64,000 nt of DNA from NCBI RefSeq assembly GCF_009914755.1, contig NC_060937.1. The stretch is one strand, 5' to 3'. The notes beneath the pieces were generated by a model. That model made no database searches. It was not told the origin of the DNA and saw nothing but the letters and a program-made list of their open reading frames with translations. The DNA is from the human T2T-CHM13v2.0 reference genome, Homo sapiens. Shown here piece after piece: positions 26,647 through 44,423 of the stretch (within the stretch, counting starts at the first letter, position 1; the number at the start of each line of letters is the position of its first letter). Position numbers and translations under genes: made by a program.

Positions 26647-28423
26647 CAATGCTAAATAGCTATTGCTACTAAAGAAGGGTAACATCTACAAGTGAAGAAC
26701 AAATCCTAGTTACCAGCACTCTTTATAGAAAGCTAATTAAATACAAATCTAAAATTCCGGGAAGCCGAAATCACTACTCTTTTCTTTGTCTCTTACAGTT
26801 ACAGGTCAGAATACATGGATAGTTTAGGTTAACTCTGAGCAGCTAGCATATAAGAGTTGAACAAAAAGAACAAAGGGAGTAAAACATTTTGTAGTTTAAG
26901 AAACACTAAGCATTCAAATACAGTATTTGCAGAAGTACTCAGAACGTGAACTAAAAAGAACTATGTTTATGCAGAGGACACAGGCTTGCTGAATAATATG
27001 TTCCATTAACATGATATAAGTGCAAATTCAATAGCTATAGATTTTCTTCACATTTAGGTTTTTCCTTTTTTTTTTTTTTTTTTTTTTGATACCAGAATCA
27101 GCAATGGTGACTTCGAAGTCATCATGAGATGGATGGCAGGATGCAAAATTGCTCAAACAGCAGTGGAGAAATGCTCTCTGTACCTTCAGAATGGGAAGTT
27201 TTTGTCGACTAGCTTTCTGTTTGTTTATTTCAATAAGTTGAATCATGAAAACTATTCCTAAAAAGAAAAGAAAAATCATTAGGACACTTGGAAGCCACTC
27301 TCTAAAGCCATGGGTATGGCAATGGAACTTCAAGAACAGGAGCAACCAGCAGGGTCCTTAGAAGCTACAGACACAATGGCCCACTTATATACAAGGTTTT
27401 GAAGAGCTCCTGAGAGAAATGCACGGAAAAGCCAACAGTGGTAGGTACGTGATGGCAATAGCTACTGCCTTTAATCCCAAGAAGGAAGATCATAAGAGCA
27501 CACAGCTTAAGCATACGAGTATCTCTAGTTATCAACATTATATCCCCATGTAAAATATTATGTGATACAGAGTCGAATTGCATATTGAATTCTTTTGAGT
27601 AAGGAGGAAGAAATCTCTTTTGGGAGATCCAGTAAGACTTTTCTACCACTGCTCTTTGGGAAGGTTCCTGTGTAGAGGAAGCTATATTGTGTTCACTCAA
27701 GGGACTAAAGGTTTCCAAGGAAGCAATACAGAACAACTTCAAAGATCAGGGCTTCCAAAAGTGTAGAACGAAACTTTAAACACACAGTCTCTTAGTTCCA
27801 TTTGCTTCCAGATAAACAGAAAGTTTGTACTGCATTGGCAATGTTTATCTTATTTTATTTGTCTGGTAATTGTACAAGAAGGTCAAGGATTGCTTTTGAA
27901 TGAAGGTCATAATTGTTTGCACAGTACAAGCATCTACTTAGAAACACATGTTTTCAAATAAAATTTCCTAGAAAAACTCATTTTAATGAAGAGTAGGGGT
28001 GTAAAAGAGTTTCTTGAAAGTTTTACAAAACCTTACACCCCATGAAATAAACTCATAATTATAAAATCTGTTCAATGCCTCTGCAACCACATTCTGGTTG
28101 AAGAGTTGATGGCATGAGTTTATACAAGGAAATAATGGTCTGTCTGCTAAGTTACACCTGCATCGACCTGCTCAATTTCTCATCTTCAAACCCTGCAATC
28201 AAGAGAAAAATTGTACTAAAGATTATTTAAATCTAAAAAGTACACTCAACAAATGAGGCATTTACAGAGACAAGGATTACTTTTAAGGAGGAAAATAGAT
28301 ACCTGGCCTCTATTTAAAATTCCTTGTCAGCACTATGACTTATATGTGCTGTAAAAGAATTTTTTTTTAAAGGCCTACTAGCAATTTTGCTTCATTTCTT
28401 TTCCTTTTTTCAGTCTTACCCTG

Positions 28424-28782
28424 TGCTAAGATCTGAGTGTTTGTGTGTCCTCAAAATTCCTGTGTTGACATCCTAACCCCCAAGGCAATAGGATTACAGG
28501 GTGGGGTCTTTGGGAGGTGATTAGGTCATGAGGGTGGAGCCCCTATAAATGGCTTTAGGAACCTCATCAAGGAGGCTTGGGGAGCTCTCTCTCACCCCTT
28601 CTGCTATGTGAAAGCACAGCAAGAAGATGTGGTCTGGGAGCCAGAAACCAGGCCCTCACCAGACACTGAATCTCCCTTGATCTTGCCTTTCCAGCCTTTA
28701 GAACTGTGAGAAGTACATTGCGTTATTTATAAGCTCCTCGCTTTATGGTATTTTGTTAACACAGCTGAAATGTACTAGGACA
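28424..28782 (+). mobile_element. MLT1A-type solo LTR
   Basis: tttgggaggtgattaggtcatgagggtggagccc...ccctcaccagacac...ccagcctttagaactgtgaga...ggaca. Confidence 0.85.
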
Positions 28783-30010
28783 GCCCGTGACATAGACAGC
28801 GTGGAAGAACCCCCACTAGGCTACCTGAGGGCGGATGCATGTTCCCTCTCAGCTCAGAAGAATAATGTGGGAAAGACACTCCTCTGGCCAAAGAGGCAGA
28901 CACAAGAAGCTTCCAAAAACAAACATAAGATATATTTGTCTTTCAAAAAGAGTATCCAATTTTTCATGTCAATATAGATAATCTGCTTAATAAAATATTG
29001 AATTTTGTTATTTTTCTTTTCTTCTACTCAAACGTAGGAGTCGTACTGAAGTATTTGAAGTATGTGAGGTATTGGAAAAATAAGCCCGCATGGAGCAGAG
29101 ACACAGATGGTTTCTGTGTTTAATGATTTTCCTTTTTCTTCTTCTTTTCATTGTGTTTTTAATTTTTGTATTTGTGGTTGCCGCCCTTTGCTGGCTGACA
29201 CAGCTCTGGGTCATGTGGGAAGCAAGGTCTTTTGGAGATCATGGTAGTGGTGTGCAAGCTTTAGTTCTTAAATCCACTGATGTCCATGGGGAGACAACTG
29301 CCTTCCCCTGCTTCAAAGCCAAAACAGCGACTCAGCTCATCTTGATTCTTTATCTCTGGCAGGGATTTTAATTTCATTGCTTATTCAAAGAACTAAAATT
29401 AAGTTAGCTTTATGTTTGCTTATATATACTTTAAATAAATTCCTTGAAGAGGCCTAGGAGGTGAATAAAACTGAAGACAGGATCCAAAAAGTTTGGTACC
29501 TTCCTAGTTTTATTTTAAGATGTCATTTGGTTCTTCCTTTTCTCCTTTCTTGTTTGGACATATACTGAACTCACTCCGGTGATAGCTCAGAACAATTCCC
29601 AGAACAGTCTAAGTATGGCATTTAACCCTCCAAACGTTCAGCCAATCTTTACTGCTAGTGTTCATTTAGTTTATCAGTAAGAAAACTGGTGTTAAAGTAG
29701 AGGAATTAGAGCAGAAGAAAGAAAATAATGTGGTATACGATAATTTGAATAAACTTACAAGCTCTAGTTCATTATTTCCCAGCCAAATGTGTCTGTCACC
29801 ATGCTAAGCACAAGAGAAACAGAGACATGTAAAGTATGGCTGCTGCTGTGAGGCTGTTGGGCAGAATGCAGAAACAGACCCAGGAACACATCATGGTGTG
29901 TTGTAATCAGGTCCTCTCAGGCTCCTGTGGCAGAGCGTGGAGATGAGGGCCGTCTCAGGGAGCAGGGATCTTCAGGGAAGCCTTTCTGGAAGAAGTGCTT
30001 TTTACACACA

Positions 30011-30363
30011 GGTTTTAGTCCTTTTGGGTTGCTATAACAAAATACCATAGAGTGAACAACAGAGATTTATTTCTCACAGTTCTGGGGACCGAGAAGTTCG
30101 AGATCCAAGTGCTGTCAGATTCGGTACCTGGCCAGGGCCGCTTTCTGTTTCAAAGATGGTGCCTGCTGTCTGTGTCCTCACTTGGTGGAAGGGGTAAATA
30201 AACTCCCTGAGGCCTGTTTTAAAAGGTGCTAATCCCATTCGTGAAGGATCCTCCCTCCTGACCTAAGGACTCCCCAAAGCCCACTCTTCCTAATCCCATC
30301 ACCCTGGGGGTGAGGATTTCAACATATGAATTTTGGGGGGACACAAACATTCAGACCACAGCA
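30011..30363 (-). mobile_element. MLT1A/MST-type solo LTR
   Basis: ttgctataacaaaataccatag...tttatttctcacagttctgg...ttttgggggggacacaaacattcagaccacagca. Confidence 0.85.
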
Positions 30364-31582
30364 GCCCAGAAATGCTTCTCTCCTTTCTGCTGTCAGCCCT
30401 GTGTGCCTATTTAGGCTGCACCACCTGCCCTGAACTATTGCAACAAGCTTCTAAGCCCTTCAGCACCATTCCGTTTCATGTCACTTTTCACTCAAAGACA
30501 ACCAATTGTGCTCCTTCTACTCCACATGATTGAGAGAGTATGTTTATGGTCCTTTATAAAGGAAAAAGAGGGCAGAAACCCTCAGCAAATGATTAGACAT
30601 ACACTCTGAAAAGCAAGAGGAGGTAATCATTTGGTGCTGAAGACATTTAAAATGCCCCGAGTTATCTCCTGGATCATCTGAGAGGCCAGGCTAGGGCCCC
30701 AGTAAGGAGTTTGTGCTCTTTTATTCCAGGGCCCGACGGTCTGTCCAAGGCATTAGAGTTTGGAGAGGGAAGGAATCCACTCACCTTTACAGTACTGACT
30801 GCTGTTGCCATAGGACAGTGCAGAAGTGGGGTGATGGAGGGTGCACACTGTGAGGCCAGGGCCAATGACCAGCCCAAACGCTGTGTGAGTGTGTAAGAAT
30901 GTGAGAGAGAAATTAGGAGTTGTGGTAGCGAGGATGGATGGAGGCCAGGCAGAGCGCTGAGAGCTACCATGTTCTCCATAGCACCCCTTTGGATTCATCT
31001 TTAGAATCAAGAAAACTGGGAGACGCTTCCACCCTAACACTGCCTTTTACTACACTTTTTGTCAGCGCCAGCTCCTCACATTCTCAGCCTCTGCCTCAGA
31101 GTATTGCTGGTGGTGGGTTGATGAGGACAAGAACACAGCAACGTCACACTGGCATTTCCTGCTTCACTGGGCTCTCCTTGATCTATCTGGAGGTGAAATG
31201 CCCAGTTTGGTCCCCCGAGATCTGGGCAATTTATTTTCTTTATTTCAGAGATCTTTACCTTTCAGACTATTCTCAAACATGATGGGCCCTTTTCAACACA
31301 AAATCTCATTCCAGTTGTCCTGCGGGATTCTGGAAGGCACAGGGCCCCATGCACAGTGGCTTAATTACATTTTAGAGGTAACGCCCCTGTTCCTTTGCTG
31401 ATCAGTTTTGACCTGGCGTCTGTCAGAATTCAGATAAAGGGCGGTCGATCCTCAGCTCCTGCTATCTTGAGTAGTTACACAAGGAGCACCTAGGAGGGGA
31501 AATGCATTTAACTTTGGATAGTACAGGCATGGTAAATAAAGCTTCCAGTGGCTTTCATTAGCTAAACGTTTATACTTTACAG

Positions 31583-31780
31583 TTGTGCTGTCCAATACAG
31601 TAGCCAGTAAACGCGTGACCATTTAAAATTAAAGTTAATAAAAATTAAATACAATTAAACATTCGGCTCCTCAGTTGCATTACCCACAGTCAAGTGCTCA
31701 ATAGCCACTCGAGGCCAGTGACTGTCATATTGGGCAGCACAGAACAAACCGTCAATGTAGGAAGTTCTATCAGCCATCAC
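31583..31780. mobile_element. MER3-like hAT MITE
   Basis: tgtgctgtccaata...tattgggcagcaca inverted ends; gtgctcaatagccac core. Confidence 0.8.
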
Positions 31781-32459
31781 CTTCTTAGAGAGCTCCTATT
31801 GAATGTGGTTGTAGAATCTTGCTTTAATTGTCTTCCAACTAGCACTGAGTCCTATTAAAAAAGAAATTCTTTTGAATTTAGAATCTCTTCCACCTTTTAT
31901 TTTTATTTTGTGTACAGTTTAGGTTGTGCTTTATTTTTTAATTTGATGGTAAGAGGAGATGGTTTTTTTTTAATTCTGGTTCTGTGCTTGGAATTCCTTT
32001 GACTTTTAAAATGATAATAATTATCACAATGAGAGCTAAAGTGGTATAGAATGTCTCTATATTTAAGGAGACCTGCTTTGTGAACAGAGTCAAGTCAGGG
32101 CCTGTTATGTTAGGTTGTCACTGTCTGAACTTTCATATTGGAAAAAAATGAGATAAAACAATATTTTACAGCCTGCAGTCAGCAATAAGCTAACAACACT
32201 TTACATTCTGCGAAAATACTTTCCCCATCTCAGTTTTGATGGAGATTATGTTGGGTTAGCATTAAACACTCAATTGCAAAAATCTTCTGAGGAAATACAA
32301 GTGTTCAGCCCAGTGCTGAAAGTCCATCTGGCCTTAGAATCACTGGTCTTAAAGGAAAGGAAGGTAGGAGGAGGCAGGAGACATTCACATTCCATTTCAG
32401 AATAGCTCCCACAGAAAGTCTATAGGTAAAAGAATAGGTGTCTATACAGGCAAGAAAAA

Positions 32460-32749
32460 GCAGGGCACAGTGGCTCACACCTGTAATCCCAGCACTTTGG
32501 GAGGCTGAAGAGGGTGAATCTCTTGAGCCCAGGAGTTCAAGACCAGCCTGGGTAAGATAGTAAGATTCTGTCTCTACAAATAAATTAAAAATATGTTAGC
32601 CAGGCATGATGACCTGTGCCTATGGACCCAGCTACTCTTGGCACTGATGTAGGAGGATTGCTTGAGTCCAGGAGTTTGAGGCTGCAGTGAGCTGTGATCT
32701 TGCAACCGTACTCCAGCCTGGGCAACAGAGCAAGACCCTGTCTCTAAAA

Positions 32750-32750
<1 letters not shown>
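32460..32750 (+). mobile_element. AluJ SINE
   Basis: Diverged Alu with AluJ motifs (ttgagcccaggagttc, gaggctgcagtgagctgtgat, gaccctgtctc); gcaagaaaa TSD-like flanks enclose the GATA tail. Confidence 0.9.
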
Positions 32751-32799
<49 letters not shown>

Positions 32800-32808
32800 G
32801 ATAGATAG

Positions 32809-32842
<34 letters not shown>

Positions 32843-32856
32843 AAGATAGATAGATA
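32751..32856. repeat. Compound tetranucleotide STR (TAGA)12 TGA TAGA TAGGA (TAGA)8 AAGA (TAGA)2
   Basis: Direct reading; occupies the AluJ tail position. Confidence 0.97.
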
Positions 32857-32964
32857 ACAAGCAAGAAAAGCTGAGTGTAGAGCCAGCAGCATTTGAATAC
32901 ATTTTTAAATGATTTCGCCTCATTGTTAATGACACTTCATACATAGCAAATGATAAATCTGAAG

Positions 32965-33200
32965 GACACAGTGGTTAAGACACCTGAGTTTGGATGCATA
33001 CAAACCTGAGATTGGGTCCTGGATCTATTCCTACAAGTGTGTGGCTATAGGCGACGTCAATTTCCTCTCTATAAACTCAGATTACCACTTGAACATACTT
33101 CATATTGTTTGAGGACTCAATGATACAATGCACATTATGCCCTTAGTACAGTGCCTGGGTATGCACAAAGTACCCAATGCCTGCTATGATAATGATGAGG
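32965..33200 (+). mobile_element. MIR SINE
   Basis: cagtggttaaga...acctgagattgggtcctgg...ccttagtacagtgcctgg. Confidence 0.65.
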
Positions 33201-34012
33201 AGGATGGTGATTAAAGTTTAAAAATAAAATAAATTTAATAAAATCACAGGATGCTATGCTGATAAGCTGGGCTCCAAAAGTTTATGTGTTCGTGTGCAAT
33301 GCACAGGGTAGCAGGGACAGAGCACTGTGGCTGCGCATGATAGGCATTCAATGTGTTTAATAAACACAATGACAGCAAGAAAATATTTTCTAATTTATCT
33401 CTGTAGGTTGTTTTTGTGGTTGTTGTCTTTTAAAAATTGATTATATAAATTTATCTCAAATAATAAGGTTTAGAAGGAAATTACTTTAGTCCCCAGCCAC
33501 CCCCCATCAGTCAACACAGCTCATATTGGTAGACTCTAAGGATTTGCCATCTTGAAAAACCTACCTGAGCCCAGCTGGAGCTTCTGTATCTTTCTGACAT
33601 AGGATACCTTCCTTGATGAATTAGCCATGCATCTGTATTCACTGTGAAATCTCTCTCTGAAACACTCACACGTCTTCTTATTTGTCTCTACAGTGGCCTT
33701 TGTTTCTTCTGTGACTTGTCACTCTAAATTTCAGGTTTGAAAAGGCTGTCGATAAAATATGGCCAGTAAATGAGTAAACCAAACATGTTAGTTTTTAGCA
33801 AGAAAACAATAGTAAGTGCAATTATAATTTTAGAAACAAGTACAGTAGAAACCATACAAGTGGATAAGTTCCTCAAGAAAGTTTATTCTCACTGTTCAAA
33901 TGTTACCAATACAATTTTGATGAAGTGTTCAAAGACCTTTCTTTATTACAAGATAATTATAATGATAATTAAGAATTATCACAGTTGAGATAACAAATAA
34001 CAAACAAAAATA

Positions 34013-34346
<334 letters not shown>

Positions 34347-35093
34347 TCATTTTTAGTATTATATACTTAAGTATATGTATGAAAAATACAATATAATATT
34401 TTTTAGTACTTAAATACTGCAATACTATGTACGAATGTACTGTCAAGTGGCACTAATACATAAGCACATAGGTTAATTATAGGAAATCACATAGATAGAC
34501 AAAATAAAAATGTTTAATGCTTTTTTATGTGAATAGAAGATACAGAATATAGAATTGATATAAAACAATCATTTCATAGAGAACTGATAAATCAGATTAC
34601 TATTTCATCATAAGATTTCATTTTAATGTTATGTTTTGTAAGTATATTTCTATGATATTGAATTTAGCCAAGGTCTCCAAATGACTTTAGATTACCTGGA
34701 AATTTCTAGTAATTGTAGAATATTAATTATGCCAGAGTTAAACTTCCTGCTAAATGAAACTGTCTTCATGTTAGAAACAGATGGATGCTAAAGGTAAAAG
34801 TTGGTTTATTTTTCTTATTTAGTGAACATGTTACAGCAGGTTGAGATTAATGTTTATATTTTTAAAATAATGAGAAAAGTCCTGAAGTAAGTAGTGATGT
34901 TTACTTTGGATTTCAGGTGAGTTTCTGTTTTCTCACAGGGGCTACCCATGACCAGGATGCATAGTCTAAACAGCCATGCGTGGTTAACCAATAATGCACT
35001 GTTATTTTTCTTTGTATCATCATTTAAGCAATATTAAATTTACATGAAAAGAAAACAGTAAAGCAAATGTTACGACATTTTCTTACTATATTA

Positions 35094-37725
<2,632 letters not shown>

Positions 37726-38354
37726 ACAATGAGAACACTTGGACACAGGAAGGGGAACGTCACACACCGGGGCCTGTCGGGGGGTGGGGGGAGGGGGAGG
37801 GATAGCATTAAGAGATATACCTAATGTAAATGACGAGTTAATGGGTGCAGCACACCAACATGGCACATGTATACATATGTAACAAACCTGCACGTTGTGC
37901 ACATGTACCCTAGAACTTAAAGTATAATAAAAAAAAGAAAGAAAGAAAAATGCATGTACTGGTACAATGAAATAATTTAGACTTCTCATGAATCATTAAT
38001 CACTACTTAGTACAATTCTAGTTTTCATATTTTTTGCTTTAAATATGATTAGCTCACTATAAACCTTTTAATCTAGAATCAAAATCTTTCCAGAATGAAT
38101 ACAGAGCTGTGGAAGATTTCTTCCCACAGATCCTGTACAGCCTTCATATGTCACATTTCTTTAGCTTTTGATCTTCTCTCTAAAACCAGAAACCAGACCC
38201 ATTTCCCATTTAACCAAATAACAAAAACCATAGTGCTGCATGCAATCATAATTTCTACATGTTTCATTTTTACTGGAAGAAGGGCAAAGTGAAAATTAAA
38301 GTCTGTAACATCTGTAGTTTTGCCAGTGTGAAAAACTGTGATTGTTTCCAACTG

Positions 38355-39725
<1,371 letters not shown>

Positions 39726-40582
39726 AAAAGCAAACACATTAACAAGAAGATCTACATATTTCCTCTTTTTTTTTCTTCCAAGAAAGAGACCTTATGAACC
39801 CATTAGGTAATGATAGATCTTAGTGTGCGGTTACAACGTTAAGATGTTAAGCATAACTATACCACGTCTACAACATTTACAGCTTGATTTCTATTAAAAC
39901 ATTTGTTGTCAATCTTTCTTCCCCTTGAAGACGCTTGAGTACTTCAAGTTCTCGGTACTTAGGTACTACAAACTGCCATTTATAAGAGTGGCTTCCTCTT
40001 TCAGTGATTCTAAAAAGTAGGATGTGATCTCGAAAAAAAAATTATTATCCTGCTCCTCATCATGACTTCCCAGTTGAGAAATCCTAATTACAGGTAAAAG
40101 ATTAATAAAAGTTTTAAAAACCTTATTTGAAAACAATACTTGTGAAGGCATAAAACTATATGAAATTTTGCATTTAGAAACTTAAGGTGTTTTCTTCTAT
40201 ATGGACAATCATAGTAAGACATTAAGTTTGATTACAGAAGGTGGATTTGTTCAGTGAGTCATTCATTCATTTATCAAATATTCATTAAGTATTACATTAT
40301 TTTAGCTAACATCTTGGATTTTGGAAATACAAATTTTTTTTTTCTTTTGGAGTACTCTCAATTTAGTAAGGAAGACTGAAATGCAAGTCATACATGAAAA
40401 TCATAACTGAACCTTGTTATGGAATCCAACAGTTGTGTATTTGTGGAGATTAAAGTACAATGCCTTTAATTGATAAAAATGCATGATGAAGTAGAAATGG
40501 ATATTTAATTAACTTAAATGACATATTACACTTGACAATCATGTAAACCAATCAATATGACAGAGGTATAATTATTCTTTGA

Positions 40583-40973
<391 letters not shown>

Positions 40974-41291
40974 TCTTTTTTTTTTTAATCCAGGACTTCT
41001 AATGGAGCACTTCGGGAATTAAAGATAGAGTTTAGTAAGTAAGCCATATATATGCCATCTTAGAGAGGCTCTTGTCCTACTTCAGCTTTTCCACATTAGG
41101 TCCTAACAAATTCTGTCTGAAATATCTCCTTTGCTTTACTTTACATATTATGTGTTCACTTAGTTCCAGTTACTACAGTCTCTTCCTGGTGTGATCTTCA
41201 ATTCCCTTTTACTAAAGAGAATGGCCCAAAGAAACCAACTAGTGACAGTAAAAGGAAAAGGGGGGTTGAGTTAGTGAGGAGGCAGGGCACC

Positions 41292-41738
41292 TGATCAGGT
41301 TTGGATGTCCCCTCCAAATCTCATGTTGAATTGTAATACCCAGTATTGGAGGTGGGGCCCCATGGGAGGTGATTGAATCATGGAGTGAGTTTCTCATGAA
41401 TGGTTTAGCACCATCTTCTTGGTGCTGTCCTCGCGATAGTGGAGACAGTGGGTGAGTTCTCGTGAGATCTCAGTGTTTAAAAGTACGTGGCACCTCCCCC
41501 TATCCTCTCTCTCTCTCTCTCTCACTCTTGCCCCTGCTCTGGCCATGTGGCATGCCTTCTCCCCCTTTGCGTTCTGCCATGATTGTAAACTTCCTGAGGC
41601 CTCCCCAGAAGCTCAGCAGATGCCAGCATCATGGTTCCCATAAAGCCTGCAGAACCATGAGCCAATTAAACCTCTTTTCTTTATAAATTAGTCAGTCTCT
41701 GGTATTTCTTTATAGCAATGTGAGAACGATCTAATACA
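41292..41738 (+). mobile_element. MSTA-like solo LTR
   Basis: tg...ccaaatctcatgttgaattgtaat...gccatgattgtaaacttcctgaggcctccccagaagc...ctaataca; 5-bp TSD-like gcacc/gcaac. Confidence 0.9.
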
Positions 41739-44115
41739 GCAACCTTAGGCGCTCATTCATCCTGCCTTTTCTGCTTACACCAGAGTGTGTCGTCTCCTGT
41801 CTCTTTAATTGAGCAGAAGTGACATCAAAGAAAAGGGTAATTTTTTCTGATATATGATGTAATAATTACAAATTATTATGATAGTACTTTCCATTTGCTT
41901 AGAACTTCAGAACTTATATTCACACATGGTTCCTTTATCTGACCTTAGCTGTCTTTTAAGGCAGATGTAACTGTTCAGTTAAGAGACTGAAGCTCAACAG
42001 GCAAAGTTGCGTGCACAAAGCCACACACACACATCAAGTACAGTCTTGGCCAGGGCTGTGGTCATATCCTGTGATCCAAACGAGGTCTCTTGCCACTGTA
42101 GCATATTTTTATAAGTCATTTTAAGTTTTGAATTAGTTTTAAAACAATTTTTATTGTTGATTGGTCTTGAACATGCCATAACTAAATGAGATATCTTCCA
42201 TCTGAGAGCAGAGAACAGAGATTTTCTTTGATCTCCACTCTTCTGAGGAGTCTGTCACTCTGAGAATATGAGAGTCTTTCCTAGCACACACTCTGTAAGT
42301 TTGGGTTTTAAATATATCACCACTCCACTCTTTCTCTTCCTGTCATTTCTTTCTTCCAAAACACAGGAACTGAAACCCATGTCTCATCTCTACAACCAGC
42401 TGTCAAATCTCTGAATCATGCCCCTCAAAGAGTATTTTTAAGGAACTCTGTTTTTGAGGCAAATGTATCTTAAAGTTTCCTCATCATCTCAGATGGCCTG
42501 GAGCCTTCATCCGGCCCCGGTTTCTGTGAACTTGAGGTTGAACTGACCAAGGCTTTGATTTTATGTCCCTTATGCTTGTTTATGTTCATAATCCATGCTG
42601 CCCTCTCTCTATGTTTTCTATCCTTTTCCTCTTGAAAACTCATTGAGAGTTTTTGAAACACTTACCTGCAGTCCCAATGTTATGGTATTTGTCTCACATC
42701 ACACTTGGGAAGGATTTTCTTCCCTTGTATTAAATTTCAAGGCCACTGAGAGTTAGCTTTGTCTTAGCTCTGCTTGGAGACATTTCTTGGATGTTGCTAT
42801 TCAACCTATAGTGGTGATCATTTTAACATTCTTAAAATCCCAGACATTCAAACCAACACTATTCTTGCTTCAGGACAGAATCCAAAGAAAGAGTTGAATA
42901 CCTGGAGATGCTATCATATGAATGTGTTTGAGAAGGGGAGAAATGTTACATTTGTCAGCACTGTTAACTACAAAAAGAGTGACCATAAGGACCATTTCCA
43001 GCCTGTCAGTCTGCACTATGTGCACTGTATTGAAGGCCGATGTCCAATTATCTTCAGCCAGACTTGGATCAGTATGACTGGGGAGAACCACAAATGCCTG
43101 AAATGCACCAGGAGTCTGATTATAGTCAACAGAGAATCAATGCCAAGCCTCCATGGATCCACAAAAACCTGTCCAAGTTGGCAATTCACCTTACATTTTT
43201 CTGCACAAGATAAATCTTTGGCTCTCTGGAGTGTTTGATCTGACCTGTAGATGGGAAATGCAATCAGTCACTGTCCTTATCTATGTTAGATTTTGTGTAC
43301 CATCTATATTGCTAGGTTTCTCCATTATGCCAGACACAGTTGCCCTCTATTGCATGTTTTGATTACAGCAACAGCTTTGGGCTTGTATGAGTCAACTTGA
43401 AAACTCCTATTTGCTTACCTAGCTCATTCACCAGCTCAAGCAATTTATATAGACTTATACATCTTACATATGGTATTTTCTGTTTTCCTACCTGATGTGG
43501 CCCTTAAGAAATGAGTCATTATCTCATCTCTACTAAATTATTACTTTTAAATAGGAAAAGTGTCAGCCAATCATCCTAGAGAGAACTACCGGAGGCCTCT
43601 CAAGAAAGAGTCATGAGCCAGCCTCAGAGAGGGCCACAGAAGCCCAGGAGGGGTGGCTCTTCGAGGGCATTCCTGGGCATAGGTGTTTAGTTGCCTCTTT
43701 TTTCCAGTTTCAATGCTGCATTTTCACTTGACGCATTTTCTCAATTTCATTTTAAAAGTTTATGGGTACTATTTTGGAGCCAATTTGTCTTATTAATGGA
43801 AAATGCAGACTAGAAGTCAGGAAATCTCCGCCTGTCTATTCATTCATTTTCTTTTCCCCAAATCAACTTTTCTACACTTGCTCACAGTGAGACATAATAG
43901 AAATCCATAGAGTAATAAATTGTAAAAGTTCACTTTTTATTAAAATGTGATTATATTTTCATGGATTATATCACTCATTTTCTAAGCAGAGTTGCTGCAA
44001 TATTGAATCCAGGGACTGCAGAGGACCCTGCCCTATTGTCAACAGCATCCTTCCCCCAACAACACATACACCTGTCAATTCCAGGCCACCAAGACCGCTA
44101 TTCGAAAACTCAGAA

Positions 44116-44423
44116 GGCCAGGCATGGTGGCTCATGCCTGTAATCCAAGCACTTTGGGAGGCCGAGGCAGGCGGATCATTTTAGGTCAGAAATTCGAGAC
44201 CAGCCTGACCAACATGGTGAAACCTTGTCTCTACTAAAAATACAAAAATTAGCCAGGTGTGGTGGTGGGTGCCTGTAATCCCAGCTACTCAGGAAGCTGA
44301 GGCAGGAGAATCCCTTGAGTCTGGGAGGTGGAGGTTGCAGTGAACAGAGATGGCGACATTGCCCTCTAGCTTGGGCAAAACAGCAAGACTCCCTCTCAAA
44401 AAAAAAAAAAAGAAAAGAAAAGA
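44116..44423 (+). mobile_element. AluS (Sx-like) SINE
   Basis: Full Alu; TSD aaaactcaga at 44105-44114 and 44424-44433. Confidence 0.95.

Noticed and set aside
31583-31745. Imperfect inverted repeat as a novel hairpin
   Set aside because: Explained by MER3-type MITE structure.
32574-32944. LSIY-repeat proteins
   Set aside because: Translation of the GATA microsatellite.
43389-43520. Pair of AP-1 (TGAGTCA) sites
   Set aside because: Roughly 8 such 7-mers are expected per 64 kb by chance; no other support.
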